A stretch of DNA of 64,000 bases from Mobula birostris (taxonomy: Eukaryota): assembly GCF_030028105.1 (NCBI RefSeq), contig NC_092381.1, positions 42,323,474-42,387,473 on the forward strand, written 5' to 3'. This document shows positions 23,801 through 35,551 of the stretch, piece by piece (the stretch's first letter is position 1; each line of letters starts with the position of its first letter). A model generated the notes under the pieces. The model was not told the origin of the DNA. It made no database searches and was given only the letters and a program-made list of their open reading frames with translations. The position numbers and the translations under genes were made by a program.

Positions 23801-26800
23801 CATTGGCCTTATGCGTTTCAGTAAAGTATAGTTTATATCTTAATTTTTTGTGCAGTTTGGAGGATTTTGTTTTTGGAAAAATGTGATTTTAATTTTGTAA
23901 ATTGCATACGGATGAAAATTTTATTTTTTCCAAATTGTAACATGCTCCTTGCCTTTTAAAATTTTCATAGGATTTTATCAAAATGGTTTTGTATTCATTG
24001 TATCTCCAGTGATGAATTTTTGAATGTTTTAAATAACTATAATTTTAATAAGATGCAAGTTTTCTATTTGTTGGTGTCTAAATTGTGTGTGCTTCATGTT
24101 TTGAACAATAAATTTTATTTGCAGAAAAGGTGACAACCCCTTCCCAGTGAATCCTGATGGAACAATACAGTATGATTATATTGATTATAAGGAAACTTGG
24201 AAAGCTATGGAGAAATTAGTAGAAAAGGGCTTGGTGAAAGCTATTGGCCTCTCAAACTTCAACAGTCGACAGATAGATGACGTTTTTGCTGCAGCTACTA
24301 TCAAGCCAGCAGTGCTGCAGGTTAGAAATTTTACTTTAATTGAAGTGCTTGCCAGTGAATTAGTTGTATATAACCTGTATCACTTCTGCAAAATCATAGA
24401 TATTTCGATGTTTTAACTCTTTAACAGTCAGACAAAATCATTACTATCGCACATCTGAATAATGTATTATGAAATCAATAGAACAAAGAAACTGCTTGAA
24501 CTAAATACGCAGGTACACATTGCTGTTAATTATTTTTCATACAAAGTGCCTATGACCAATAATTTCCATAATGAACTAATTTTGATGGTTTGTCGACATT
24601 TGAACAAAAAATCTGGTAAGTGGACTTCATTTTCTTGCTAAGGGCATTTGACAAGTAATCTTGCATTTAAATCAAAATGTCTTTAGATCCAACATCACAA
24701 GTCCTGATTACATTATTCATAGCATTTCTTTCTAAGGCATTTCATTCTGTCTTACACAGGTAGAGTGTCATCCATACTTGGCTCAGAATGAACTGATTGG
24801 GCATTGCCAGAAACTTGGATTGAAAGTGACTGCCTATAGTCCACTTGGTTCCTTTAATCGTACGTGGAAAGACACAGATGAACCAGTGTTACTTGAAGAT
24901 TCTGGTATTAAAGCAATAGCCAATAAACATGGAAAATCACCCGCTCAAGTGCTGCTTAGGTACAAGAGCTTAAAATCAGTAAACATGAGGCTTTAAATAA
25001 GTTAGATCAATAAACACAGCACAAAATAAATAACACATTAATTTATTTATTATAAGAAACAAGAATGACCGTCAGGAAGAATTTATATATTTTTGGTGAT
25101 TCCAGAAGATTTGAATAGTTATCAGGCATCAAAGAGAAAGTGACAACTATATCGATTCACATCAACATGGATATGTAGCTGTGGAGTCTGCCTATGAGAG
25201 AAATTTTCCCCCTCTCCAAATGCAATTTTTAAAATTGCTAATGCTACTTGTTCTTGTGGTTATTTTCTCCACATTCTTTCTGCAGAAGTGCATCCATTTA
25301 TGTGTTGAGAATATTTTTGATACATAAAAGCCAGGTTACCATCTGAGAGCTTGGAACTGTGAAAACACTAAAAACTTTGCCCAAAGAGCCCTGCTGCTTG
25401 ACTTCCAAATAAGGTTTCGGGCCATCAATGATTCTTTTCTGCAGCATGAAAGTCTCAAAAGATTCTATAATTACAGACACATTGATTCCAAAAGAATCCT
25501 GTCAGCTCTTAAAATGTTTCTGTCATGATCAGAACTAATTATTTTAGATGTGCACTAACTGTTTGAATAAAATGTGCCCATGCTGGGGGGGTTGGTGGGG
25601 GATGGGGAGATAACATGTCTAGAAATTTGAATTCCCATCTCAGTAGGGAATGGGGATTTAAATAAAGTCTTTCTATGTTTTTAACATAAAACCATAGAAA
25701 TTTGGAGTAGGACTTTGGCCTTTGAGCCTGTTCCATTTTACGATATGATCATGGTTGATTATCCCAATTCTAAACCCTGTTCTTGATTTCTCCTCATATT
25801 CTTTGATCTCTTTGGCCATTAGGACCATGTCTAAAACTTAAATGTATTCAATTTAAGTATTCAGTCAGAAGCTGACTGCTGTAGAGAATCCATAGGGTCA
25901 CCAGTATCTGGGTGAATAAGTTCCTCCTTGTAAGTCCAAAATAATCTGTCCTGTATCCTTAGGTTCAGCACCTTAGTTTTAAGCTTTCATGCTTTTTGAA
26001 AACATCCTCTTTGCATCTTGTCTGTCCAGTCCAGTCAGAATTTTCTAAGTTTCAATGTTCTCATTTTTCTAAACTCCTGACACTCAGCCTAATCACCCCA
26101 ATCTCTCTTCACTAGTCAGTCCTGCTATCCTAGAATAGTCTTCTGAATGTTTGCTACTCAGCTTCCACACCAAGCACATCCTTCCTTGGGTAAGGAAATC
26201 TGAACTTCTAAAACCCATAACACAAAATGCTGCCGGACCTGCTGAGTTCCTCCATCATTTTGTGTATTGCTTGGATTTCCAGCATCTGCAGATTTTCTCT
26301 TGTTTCTGAAAATTCATTCCTGGTGCAAAGTGAGGTACCATTAAAAGTATCTCCTGATAACAATGTTATATGCTCACTGCTATGAAATCCTTCATAACTT
26401 TAATAGTACTAGGTATCCTCACCCACCTCTATACATATAACTAGGGTCCCTCAAAGTTAGAATCATAATATAATTAGAAATTTCCTGTTTCCTCCAACTC
26501 TTCACATCCTTCCAAGTGCCCACATTTATACCAGTTGTGGCCAAAACAGTATTTTGTAAAGTTCATCGTGGCTTCTTGCTGTCATATTTTCTGCCTCTAT
26601 TAATAAAGCCTAGGATCCCACCTGTTTTTTATTTTAATCATTTCCTCAGCCTACTCTATTAAGAACTACAAATACTTCTAAATTTCTTTTTTTCTTGCAC
26701 TTGCTTAAAAAATATGCCCTCTAAATTGTATAGCCTCGTTCTCCAACCAAAATGTATCATAACATTTGTCGGTATTCTGATTTCATTTTCTATCGATTCC

Positions 26801-29800
26801 TCCTTGACGTCTATGGTCATCCACCTCAATTCACTTGGCTTCCATATCTGCAGGTAACACAAAATTTGCAAGTTGTCCTTTATCGGCTCACCATAATAGA
26901 TACACCTGCACGTTATTGCAAATATCCAATCAGTCAATCAAGTGGCAGCAGCTCAATGCATAAAAGCATGCAGACATTGTTGTTCAGACCAAACATCAGA
27001 ATGGGGAAGAAAGGTGCTTTTGACCAAGGAATGATTGTTGGTGCCAAATGGAGTGGTTTGAGTATATCAAAAACTGCTGATTTCTTTGGATTTTCATGCA
27101 CAACAATCTCCAGAGTTTACAGAGAATGGTGTGAAAAACAAAAAATATCCAGTGAGTGGCAGTTCTGTGGGCAAAAACACCTTGTTAATGAGAGGCCAGA
27201 GGATGGCCAGACTGATTCAAACTGACAAGACGACAGTAGCTCAAGTAACCACGCATTACAGCAGTGGCTGTGCAGAAGAGCATCTCTATACACACAGCAC
27301 TTCAAACCTTGAAGGGGATGTGGTACAGCAGCAGAAGACCATGAACATTCATTCAATAGCTATTAGGATAAATAGATACCTAATAAAGTAGCTACTGTGT
27401 ATATACTAATTCTACTCATTAATGTATCAGATCTGCAGTAGGTCCAGCACTAATCCCTCTGTAACTCCATTGTATGTTTTCCTTTAGTCCGAAAACAACC
27501 TTTCATCGCTGCTTCCTATTACAGTTTACTGTATGTGCTGCTAGAGCCCCGTTTATTCCCTGTCCTTGTAACTTTGTTTTTGTTATTTGCCTTGTCAGCT
27601 TCAATCATCTCATATAAAACCTTAAAGTTAGTTAGACACAAATTGCCTTCCATCAAACCCATATCCTTCCGAGTAACTGGTAATTTTGCCCTAATTTATG
27701 CTCCTAAACTTTTCCCCACCATGTTATGTGTCATCAACTTGTCTCACATCACTGAACATCTCCCTACATCCTATAAGGTCTGCAAGTTTCCATTCTTCAG
27801 GCACCAAGATTGTTACTAGGGCTTCTGCAATTCCTCCCTTTTCTCCAAAGTAATTTATCCACCTAAATACAAAGAGGCTTCTAATATGGCTCTCAATATT
27901 CAGCTTAACAAAAATCTCTCTTGCATCATTAAAGATTCAGCTGCAGCAACTTTTATCACATTTTTACCACTTATTGGGAATGAGCAGGCTTTCTTAGGTC
28001 CTTGACACAGAATATTATTCTACATATCTTAATGTGTATAAAGGATTACATTTTGAATTTGGAATTTTTTTACAAAAAGAATACTTTTTATCCAGAAAGC
28101 CTCTGTGCAACCTTTGCAATCTTTTTCAAATGTAGATGTCTGTTGTCTTCCTTTATGATTGACTAATGAATTTTGGTTAATGAATAAGCTTTTTTTGTAT
28201 CCATTAAAATATTTCTCTCTATAGGTGGCAGGTACAGCGTGGGGTAGTAGCCATTCCCAAGAGTGTCAATGCAGAACGAATTGCACAGAACCTGCAGGTA
28301 ACTTGATACTTAGCCAGTGAGTGTCGCTCATTATTTCATGACTAGTAAATGTTAGGATTGAAAATCCAATGGTTTTAGAAAGTTTTTTTTTGACGCAGTA
28401 ATCCCTACTGTCTTCTGAAAGTTGATTAACAGTGAGATGATTTATTCAGCTCTTGTTAATTGATTCATGCAGTGGAAAATTTAAAATCTTTATCGTTTGT
28501 AGCAACCAATAGTCTCCTGAATGATTTTGCTTTTTTCCAGAGTTGAATAAAGTATATCCAGACTTTGCTCATGTGCCACTTAGAATATTAGTATCATAGC
28601 TTTGCATTTCACCTGTTTGAGCAACTCTCTCTGGGATGCAAGATGATTTCTACCTATATTTCACTTTTATCATTGTAATTCAATACTTGCGTTTGTTTCC
28701 TACTAACCAACCCTATTTTCCATGTGAGAAATGGTTACAACTGAAGCAGAGCACGTATTAAATAATCACACTTAAAGGCAATGGCTTGCTCTAGGTGTGG
28801 TGTCTACTGTTCTATGTACCAAAGCTTCTGGCTACCCACCCTGCACCTCAAGAATGCTCTGGACTTGATCTGAGATGTCCCTGACCCTGGCACCTGGAAG
28901 GCAACATACTATCCTGGAGTATCTGTGTCATCCACAGAAATGCCTGTCTGTTCCCCTAACTATTGCATTCCATATAACCACTATTCTCCTCTTCTCCTTT
29001 TTCTTCTTCTGAGCCACAGAGCCAGATTCAGTGCCAGAGAGCTGGTTGCTCCAGTTTTCCCCTGGTAGGTCCTTTTTCGTGCCCCTTCCTGTCCCCACCA
29101 ACAATATCCAAAGCAGTATACTTATTATTCAGGGAATTGCCACTCTGTACTGTCTGCCTGTTTTCTTTCCTTCTGACAGTCACCCAGCAACCTGCCTCCT
29201 GCAACTTGGATGTGACTACCCCGTCGCTCTTGTCTATCAGCTTCTCCTCCTGAATGATTTGTAGGTCATCCTGCTCCAGTTCCCTAACATGGTCTGCAAG
29301 GAGCTGCAGACGAATGCACTTCTCACAGGTGTAGTCATCAGGGACACTAGACTTGTGGCATCACACAAGAGGAACACAACGGTGTCCTGGGTTCCATTTT
29401 CACTGCTCGATCTGTGCAATAGTAAAGAAGGACAAACTTGCAGAAACTCAACTCAACCTCCAATTCTTCTCAGTGAAGCCTCTTGAGGCGAACTCTTCAC
29501 TCTAACTATGTCCACTCTAACCCTAGTGCATCTGTCCTCACCCATGATTCCTTGTCCATTCATCAGTGGTCAAGGATGGGTGGACAATGGAATCATGGAG
29601 AGAATCCTTGTGGAAAGCAGAGAATGTGGGGGGGGTAAAGATGTGTTTGGTAGGATGCCATAAGTTGTGGAGAATGATATACCAAATGTGGAGGCTCATA
29701 GGGTGGTAGATAAGGACAAGAAGAATTCTGTCCCTTTGCGGGAACATTCTAATTCCATTCCTCATTCCCATTACGATATGTTGGTCCATGGTTTCACCTA

Positions 29801-31064
29801 CTGCCATGGTGAGACCACTCTCAGGTTGGGGAAGCATGCCTCAAATGTTTGGATAGCCTCCAACCTGACAACATAAACATCAATTTCTCCTGCTTCCAGT
29901 AATTTATCCCTCTTCCCCTTCTCCTGTCTTCCATTACCTATTCTGACACCCCTATCACCCCATCTTTTCTCCTCACCTGCCTATCATCTCCCTCTGGTAT
30001 CTCCTTCTCCCCTTTCTCCCATAGTCTATTCTCCTGTCCTCTCCTATGAGATTCCTTTTTCTTCAGTCCTTGCCTTTTGTACCCATCTCCTCCCAGCTGC
30101 TCACATCAACCCATTCACCTACCTTCTACCTCAGTTGGCTTCACCTGTTACCTTCCAGTTTGTACTCCTTCTTCCCCCACTTCCACCTTCTTATTCTGGC
30201 TTCTGGTCCTGCTGAAAGATCTCTGCCTGCAATGTCAACTCTTTATTTCTTTCCAAAGCTGCTGCCTGATTTGCTGAGTTCCTCCATTTTGTATATGTTA
30301 CTCTGTATTTTTGGCATCTGCGGAATCTCTTGTGTTTATAATTTGCTGCTCGGACCCTGGCCATTCCAACAATGGCTATTCTGCTTAAACCCAACTTCTT
30401 TTTGTTGTGACACATGCTTTTTCTGATGCTTCTCACACTCACAATCCTCAAGTAGAACTCATTTCCTCTTAATTTGTTTGGGTCAGTATAACTCAATTTC
30501 AAAACTTGAGTTCACTTTGCATATATGACTATGTTCCTTATGGTGTCCTCTTGACAATCCAGGCAGAGGTTACACCCCTGGTGCCTAAGCTCCATATTGT
30601 GGATATCATTGTTGAATAACAGATTCTGAATAGATTATTTGCAGTATATAAATATTACCATGTTCTTTCTCTCCCAGCTCTAATTGCAATTTGTTGTTTT
30701 TTTTTAAAGTGGTGTTCCTATTTCATGAAAAGTTTATTTATTTAGGAATCATTTTATCCACTGTTAACTGAGAAATCTCCGGTATGTAATTTTATATGGT
30801 TTTCTCTGTCCTCAACCAGGTGTTTGATTTCACACTGACTGAAGATGAAATGAAAATAATTGGAAGTCTCAATAGAAACTGCCGGTATATTGTTCCAAAG
30901 TTGAAGGTAGGTGTTCATGGCCTTCACTCCACATTGACCCAACAACAATTTCATTATTCCAAATAGTTAAATAATTATTACTTTTTTGTTGTTAACAGGT
31001 TGATGACAAATTTGTGCCGAGAGATGCACTGCATCCACATTACCCTTTCCATGATCCATATTAG
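14731..31064 (+). CDS. AKR1A1: Aldo-keto reductase 1A1 (aldehyde reductase), complete, 326 aa; exons 14731-14817, 20581-20700, 23669-23820, 24125-24320, 24760-24959, 28225-28297, 30820-30906, 30999-31064
   Basis: Exons total 981 nt in frame; [59 protein letters not shown] and C-terminal [16 protein letters not shown]; catalytic D/Y/K/H present; all introns GT-AG. Confidence 0.96.
15886..16063 (-). pseudogene. 5.8S rRNA 3' two-thirds plus ITS2 start (rDNA-derived fragment)
   Basis: Reverse complement reads CTGCGAGAATTAATGTGAATTGCAGGACACATTGATCATTGACACT...GGGCTATGCCTGTCTGAGAGTCGCTT (vertebrate 5.8S) followed by GC-rich ITS2-like CTGGGGCGTCGCAGAGGG. Confidence 0.9.
17703..18495 (+). mobile_element. 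Rex1/Babar LINE, 5'-truncated
   Basis: [66 protein letters not shown]. Confidence 0.88.
18605..18742 (+). mobile_element. Short PLE-derived element with a hammerhead-ribozyme motif
   Basis: AGTC-CTGATGA-AGGGTCTCTGCCT-GAAA-TGTC-GACT at 18644-18679, with tail matching the PLE 3' ends. Confidence 0.75.
20581..20700 (+). CDS. AKR1A1: AKR1A1 coding exon 2
   Basis: [40 protein letters not shown]. Confidence 0.94.
20975..21900 (-). mobile_element. Old Rex1/L2-type LINE fragment
   Basis: Reverse strand encodes degenerate [27 protein letters not shown] motifs. Confidence 0.6.
22696..23586 (-). mobile_element. Tigger/pogo non-autonomous DNA transposon (spans the assembly gap)
   Basis: TIR CAGTCGGCYCTCCTTA with TA target duplication at both ends; HTH remnant [24 protein letters not shown] on the minus strand. 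Confidence 0.85.
22778..22949. other. Assembly gap (172 N)
   Basis: Run of N. Confidence 1.
23669..23820 (+). CDS. AKR1A1: AKR1A1 coding exon 3
   Basis: [24 protein letters not shown]...LIHWPYAF. Confidence 0.95.
24125..24320 (+). CDS. AKR1A1: AKR1A1 coding exon 4
   Basis: [12 protein letters not shown]...[12 protein letters not shown]...PAVLQ. Confidence 0.95.
24760..24959 (+). CDS. AKR1A1: AKR1A1 coding exon 5
   Basis: [13 protein letters not shown]...AYSPLGS...KSPAQVLLR. Confidence 0.95.
26880..27402 (+). mobile_element. Tc1-derived non-autonomous element
   Basis: HTH remnant [37 protein letters not shown]; right end cctaataaagtagctactgtg-TA. Confidence 0.75.
28225..28297 (+). CDS. AKR1A1: AKR1A1 coding exon 6
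   Basis: [24 protein letters not shown]. Confidence 0.94.
28745..29500 (-). mobile_element. CR1 5' region (ORF1 SGNH-esterase remnant)
   Basis: Reverse strand [19 protein letters not shown]. Confidence 0.6.
29540..30340 (+). mobile_element. Old Penelope-like copy with an inverted 5' segment
   Basis: 29540-29745 matches the PLE on the minus strand (ILLVLIYHP); 29745-30340 matches the PLE GIY-YIG end and tail on the plus strand. Confidence 0.75.
30820..30906 (+). CDS. AKR1A1: AKR1A1 coding exon 7
   Basis: [29 protein letters not shown]. Confidence 0.93.
30999..31064 (+). CDS. AKR1A1: AKR1A1 last coding exon
   Basis: [21 protein letters not shown]. Confidence 0.94.
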   Translation, partial: VDDKFVPRDALHPHYPFHDPY

Positions 31065-31227
31065 TGATGGTGGGATGAGCCATTGCTGCCTCAGTATTTG
31101 TTGTATCGTTTGGTAAACCAATTCTGCTCATAAAATTGAATGTGTTGGCATTATATAGAAGGAACATGTAGTCACTCTTTAAGATATTCGTCTGCCAGTA
31201 ATTCATTCAAAAATTTAAATGTTTGGA

Positions 31228-31233
31228 AATAAA
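31228..31233 (+). terminator. AKR1A1 polyadenylation signal
   Basis: AATAAA about 165 nt after the stop codon, followed by a GT-rich stretch. Confidence 0.7.
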
Positions 31234-31539
31234 ATCAACTCTTGTAAGTCAAGTTATGGCGTGTTTATTGTCATGTGCACCATTACGATAAGGAACAGTA
31301 CAATGAAAAATGTGAATGCAGTCGTGTCATAGGCACATATGTACAGACTATACAGCATATAAATTGTACCTTACTGTGGTGGGAAACAAAACAACTGTGC
31401 AAGAGCAAGACTATGGTTTATATATATAAAAAAAAATACAGGGACTCAATCGATTATTTATACTTGAAATAATACTTAAATTTGTCAGAGGAAGTGATTC
31501 TATAGATAGGCATTTCCATTGGTCTAAAGCAGGTAACCT

Positions 31540-32410
31540 CATAAGACCATAAGATGTAGAAAACCTACAGCGAAATATAGGGCCTTTGGCCCACAAAGCT
31601 GTGCCGAACATATCCTTCCCTTAGAAATTACCTAGGGTTACCAATAGCCCTCTATTTTTCTGAGCTCCATGTACCTATCCAGGAGTCTTTTAAAAGACCC
31701 TATCATATCCACCTCCACCACCGTCGCTGACAGCCCATTCCACACACACACCACTCTGCATTTTTAAAAAAACTTACCTCCGACATCTCCTCTGTACCTA
31801 CTTCCAAGCACCTTAAAACTGTGCCCTCTCGTGCTAGCCATTTCAGCCCTATGGAACAGAAGTAGGCCATTCGGCCCATTGAGTCTGTTCCACCATTCAA
31901 TCATAGGCTGATCCAATTCTTCCAGTCATTCCCACTCTCCTGCTTTCAACCCATACCCTTTGATGCCCTGGCTAATCAAGAACCTATCTATCTATGCCTT
32001 AAGTACACCCAATGACTTGGGCTCCACAGCCGCTCATGGCAACAAATTCCACAGATTTACCACCCTCAAAGTAATTTTTCCACGTCTCAGTTCTAAAAGG
32101 ACGTCCTTCAATCCTGAAGTTGTGCCCTCTTATCCTAGAATCCCCTACCAAGGGAAATAACTTTGCCAAATCTAATCTGTGCAGACCTTTTAACATTCTG
32201 AGTGTTTCTATGAGTCCCCCCCCACCCCCTACCATTCTCCTGAACTCCAGGGAATACAGCCGAAGAGCTGCCAGACGTTCCTCATATGGTAACCCTTTCA
32301 TTCCTTCATCTCTGGACCCTCTCCAATCTCAGTATATCCTTTCTAAAGTAAGGAGCCCAAAACTGCACACACTGCTCCAAGTGTGGTCTCTCGAGTGCCT
32401 TATAGAGCCT
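31540..32410 (-). mobile_element. Two nested CR1 3' ends
   Basis: MKGLPYEERLAALRLYSLEFRRM, RGHNFRIEG; cataagacc tails. Confidence 0.8.
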
Positions 32411-33039
32411 CATGTGGCATAATAACTAAAAATGCTGGAAACACTTAACAGATCAGGCAACTCCTAGCAGATCTGTGAAAAGAGAAATTGTTACGGTTTC
32501 AGATACAGGACCCTTCATCTAGGAAAAAAAACAAGTTAGTTTTCAGTATCAAAGAAGGTGGAGGAGGGATTGAGAGAAGAACATGTTATAATAAGGATAG
32601 GGCGAGTCCAGCAGCTGAGGTTCATCATGTTTTTTTTATCTGTATTATTAATGACGGGGCTATAGGACATGCTCAGAAAAAGCATTATTCTATATGAATA
32701 GAGTAAGAAAAACAGCCAATATGATGACGGACAGAAATGACCAATTTTAATACACACAAAAAAGTGGTAGAATTCAATATTAAATCATGAGGGTTGAAGT
32801 GTGCATAAATGGAAGATTAGATGGTGTTCCTAAAGCTAGCACAGGGCCTCATTTTAACAATGCAGGAGTCTCAGAGCTTAAGTGGTACGGAGAAGTAAAG
32901 TGGCATGCAACTGGGATTTCAGAGTCAATCCTGTGGACTGAATGCTAGAGGGCTGCAAAGTGATCGCCCAGTCTGATTTGGTTACTCCACTCCAGGCGAG
33001 ACCATATGCTGAACACCCCATGGAGTCCACGAGATCAGA

Positions 33040-34270
33040 AGTGGACTGCAAAGTAAATACGAAAATTGGTGGTGGTGTGAGCGATCATGACTGGCAAAGA
33101 ATACAGCAGGATAAAGATCAGTTGCAGATATAGGTGGAGAAATGGCGGACTGAGTTTAACCCAGCCAAGTATTAAGTGATGCACCCTGGTAAATCAAATG
33201 TAAAGAGACAGTACATTGTTAAGGACGAGACTTAACAAGTTGATGAGCAGGAAAATCATGGGGTCCAAGTTCATAACTTCCTGAAGGTGGCTACGCAGGT
33301 TGATAGGACGGTTACGATGGCATATGAACTTTATTAGTCAAGGAATTCAGTTCAAAAGTCAGGAAATTAAGTTGTAGCTTTATAAACATTAGACCACATC
33401 TGAAGTATTGTATACAGTTCTAGTCACCCCATTATAGGAAGGATGTCAAGGCTTTGGAGAGGATGTAAAAGAGGTTTATCTGGATGTTGCCTAGATTAGA
33501 GGGCATGTGCTATAACAAGAGATTGGATGAACTTAAGTTCGCTTTCTCTGGAGTAGCAGAGGCTGAAGGGAGATCTAATAGATATTTATAAGATGATCAG
33601 AGGAATAGATAGAGTAGTCAAACAGTATCTTTTTCCTTGGGTTGAAATGTTTAATGCTTTGAAGGTGAGAAAAAGTAATTTCAAAGGAGCTATGAACAAT
33701 GTTCCCTCTAAATTGTAATGACCAGAGTGCGCAAAAATCTTGTGCAATTTTTTAACCAGCGACAGCACCATGTGTGCACTGAGTAATTTCTTCAGTAACA
33801 ACAGTAGAAATAAGCCAGTTCTAAAATCTGCAGACAAATCATTGCAAACTCCACATCGTCAACACTCCATATCGGAAACCAGAAAAGGAAATGTGATTGT
33901 GTACGATCGTGGAATATACTTAACATGCTAATAAGGTAGAGGGTGACAACTTTTTGTGTGCAGTTTAAATTCCTTTGTGCTCTGGTAGCAAAAGATGTGT
34001 GTGTGTGTGCACAAGTGCACACCTTAGCGGAACATTATGAGGGACAAGTTTTTGCACAGTGGTAGGTGCCTGGAATGTGCTGCCTCTGGTGGTGGTAGAG
34101 GCAGAAACAGGGATTTTTAAGAAATGTTTAGATAGGCACACAAATTTGAGGAAAATGGGCATTGTGTAGGAATAAGGGATTCATTTGGTTGGCCACTTCA
34201 TTAGTAATTTATTTGGTTCAGCACAACATTGTGGGCTAAAGGGCCTGTTCCTGTGTTGTACTGTTCTATA
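33040..34270 (+). mobile_element. Decayed CR1 RT/3' end, interrupted by a hAT MITE at about 33697-34037
   Basis: DTKIGG-like and RPHLEYC-like remnants; MITE TIR CAATGTTCCCTCTAA / TTAGCGGAACATT. Confidence 0.7.
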
Positions 34271-34384
34271 TTTGAAGTGCTATGTCACTGGAAGGGCTGC
34301 TTGGGTCCCTGGATGGTTGGTAATTTTAGATTGCCATTATCTACAGTACAGTATTTTGGTTTTCATTTTCAGTCAAAATTAATT

Positions 34385-34615
34385 TTCAGTCCATGCAGAA
34401 TCAAAAAATCCTTGGGCTGGAGTACTTGTTAAGAGAGAAGCAGTATACTGTACATAGCGTTCTTTACATACTTCTTTTAATGCAATTTTGTTCTGAGGTC
34501 TTCTGTCTTGTCCTGCAGTTATTGTACATTGGCCGAAAGGATGCTGGGGAAGGGTGGGAGTGTGGTCTTAAGCCCCTATGGTTCAGCTGGAACAATCTGA
34601 AGAAGATGGTGGACG
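34385..34615 (-). mobile_element. Rex1/Babar endonuclease N-terminal fragment
   Basis: Reverse strand PPFPSILSANVQ*LQDKTEDLRTKL. Confidence 0.65.
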
Positions 34616-35551
34616 TAGACAATGTTTAAAAGCATTTGGACAGATTCTTATATAGGGAAGAAGTAGAGGGATACAAGGCCTGACACAGCCAAATGGGACT
34701 AATGTAAACAAGCATTAAGGTTGGCATGGGCAAAGTGGGCTGTAAGGGACTGTTTCTGTTGTGTTTTGGCCATTTCTGTGAACACAACATGCCGTAGGAT
34801 TTTGAGGTCACTCAACATCAAAGACCTTAGTTCCCAAACTCCCTTTAAAGTAATTGAAGTCCCATTTTCATGTATTATTGGATTTTTAATTTATCGAGTT
34901 TGTTGGAAAATTTATACTATGATGTAAATGCTAATTAAAAACCTGAATTTAAAGTGCGTTGGAGTACTAACTAAAATAACATGGAAAATCAGCTAGTCCA
35001 GCATTATCAGCATCCTGAGCATGCACATTAATGGAGCTGTAATAAATGTAACAGTCCCAGTACGCTACTGTTTTCAAAAACATTCAATCTCAAACCTTCC
35101 TTCTTTCAAGTGTTTACCACATCCAATATCTTACATTCTACCTCTACAACTACTTATGTTCACAATCTAGTTAATGAAAAAAAATTCTCACAGAATTCAT
35201 TCCACCATGGTCCTTATAAGACCTTCAGTGCTACTTCTTAAAAAGACAGTAAACTGACACCAGGTCAATGTACCAAAAGTCAGACCATCTGGTAGCAAAG
35301 GAACACCAATATTCATGCCCATTACGCCCAACTTCATGTACAGATATAACAACAAAACTACTGTAAGTACTAGAAATCTGAAATAAAATGCAAAACTCAG
35401 TAGGTTGGGCAGATCAGAGGAAAAAACAGAAGTTTTCAAGAACCCAAGTTTTTCTTTCAATAGAGGCAGCTCACAATTCTAAGTACTTTCAACATTTTCT
35501 TTTTCCTTTCATAAATTACATCTGGGATCCCAGGGGCTATACATTCTATAC

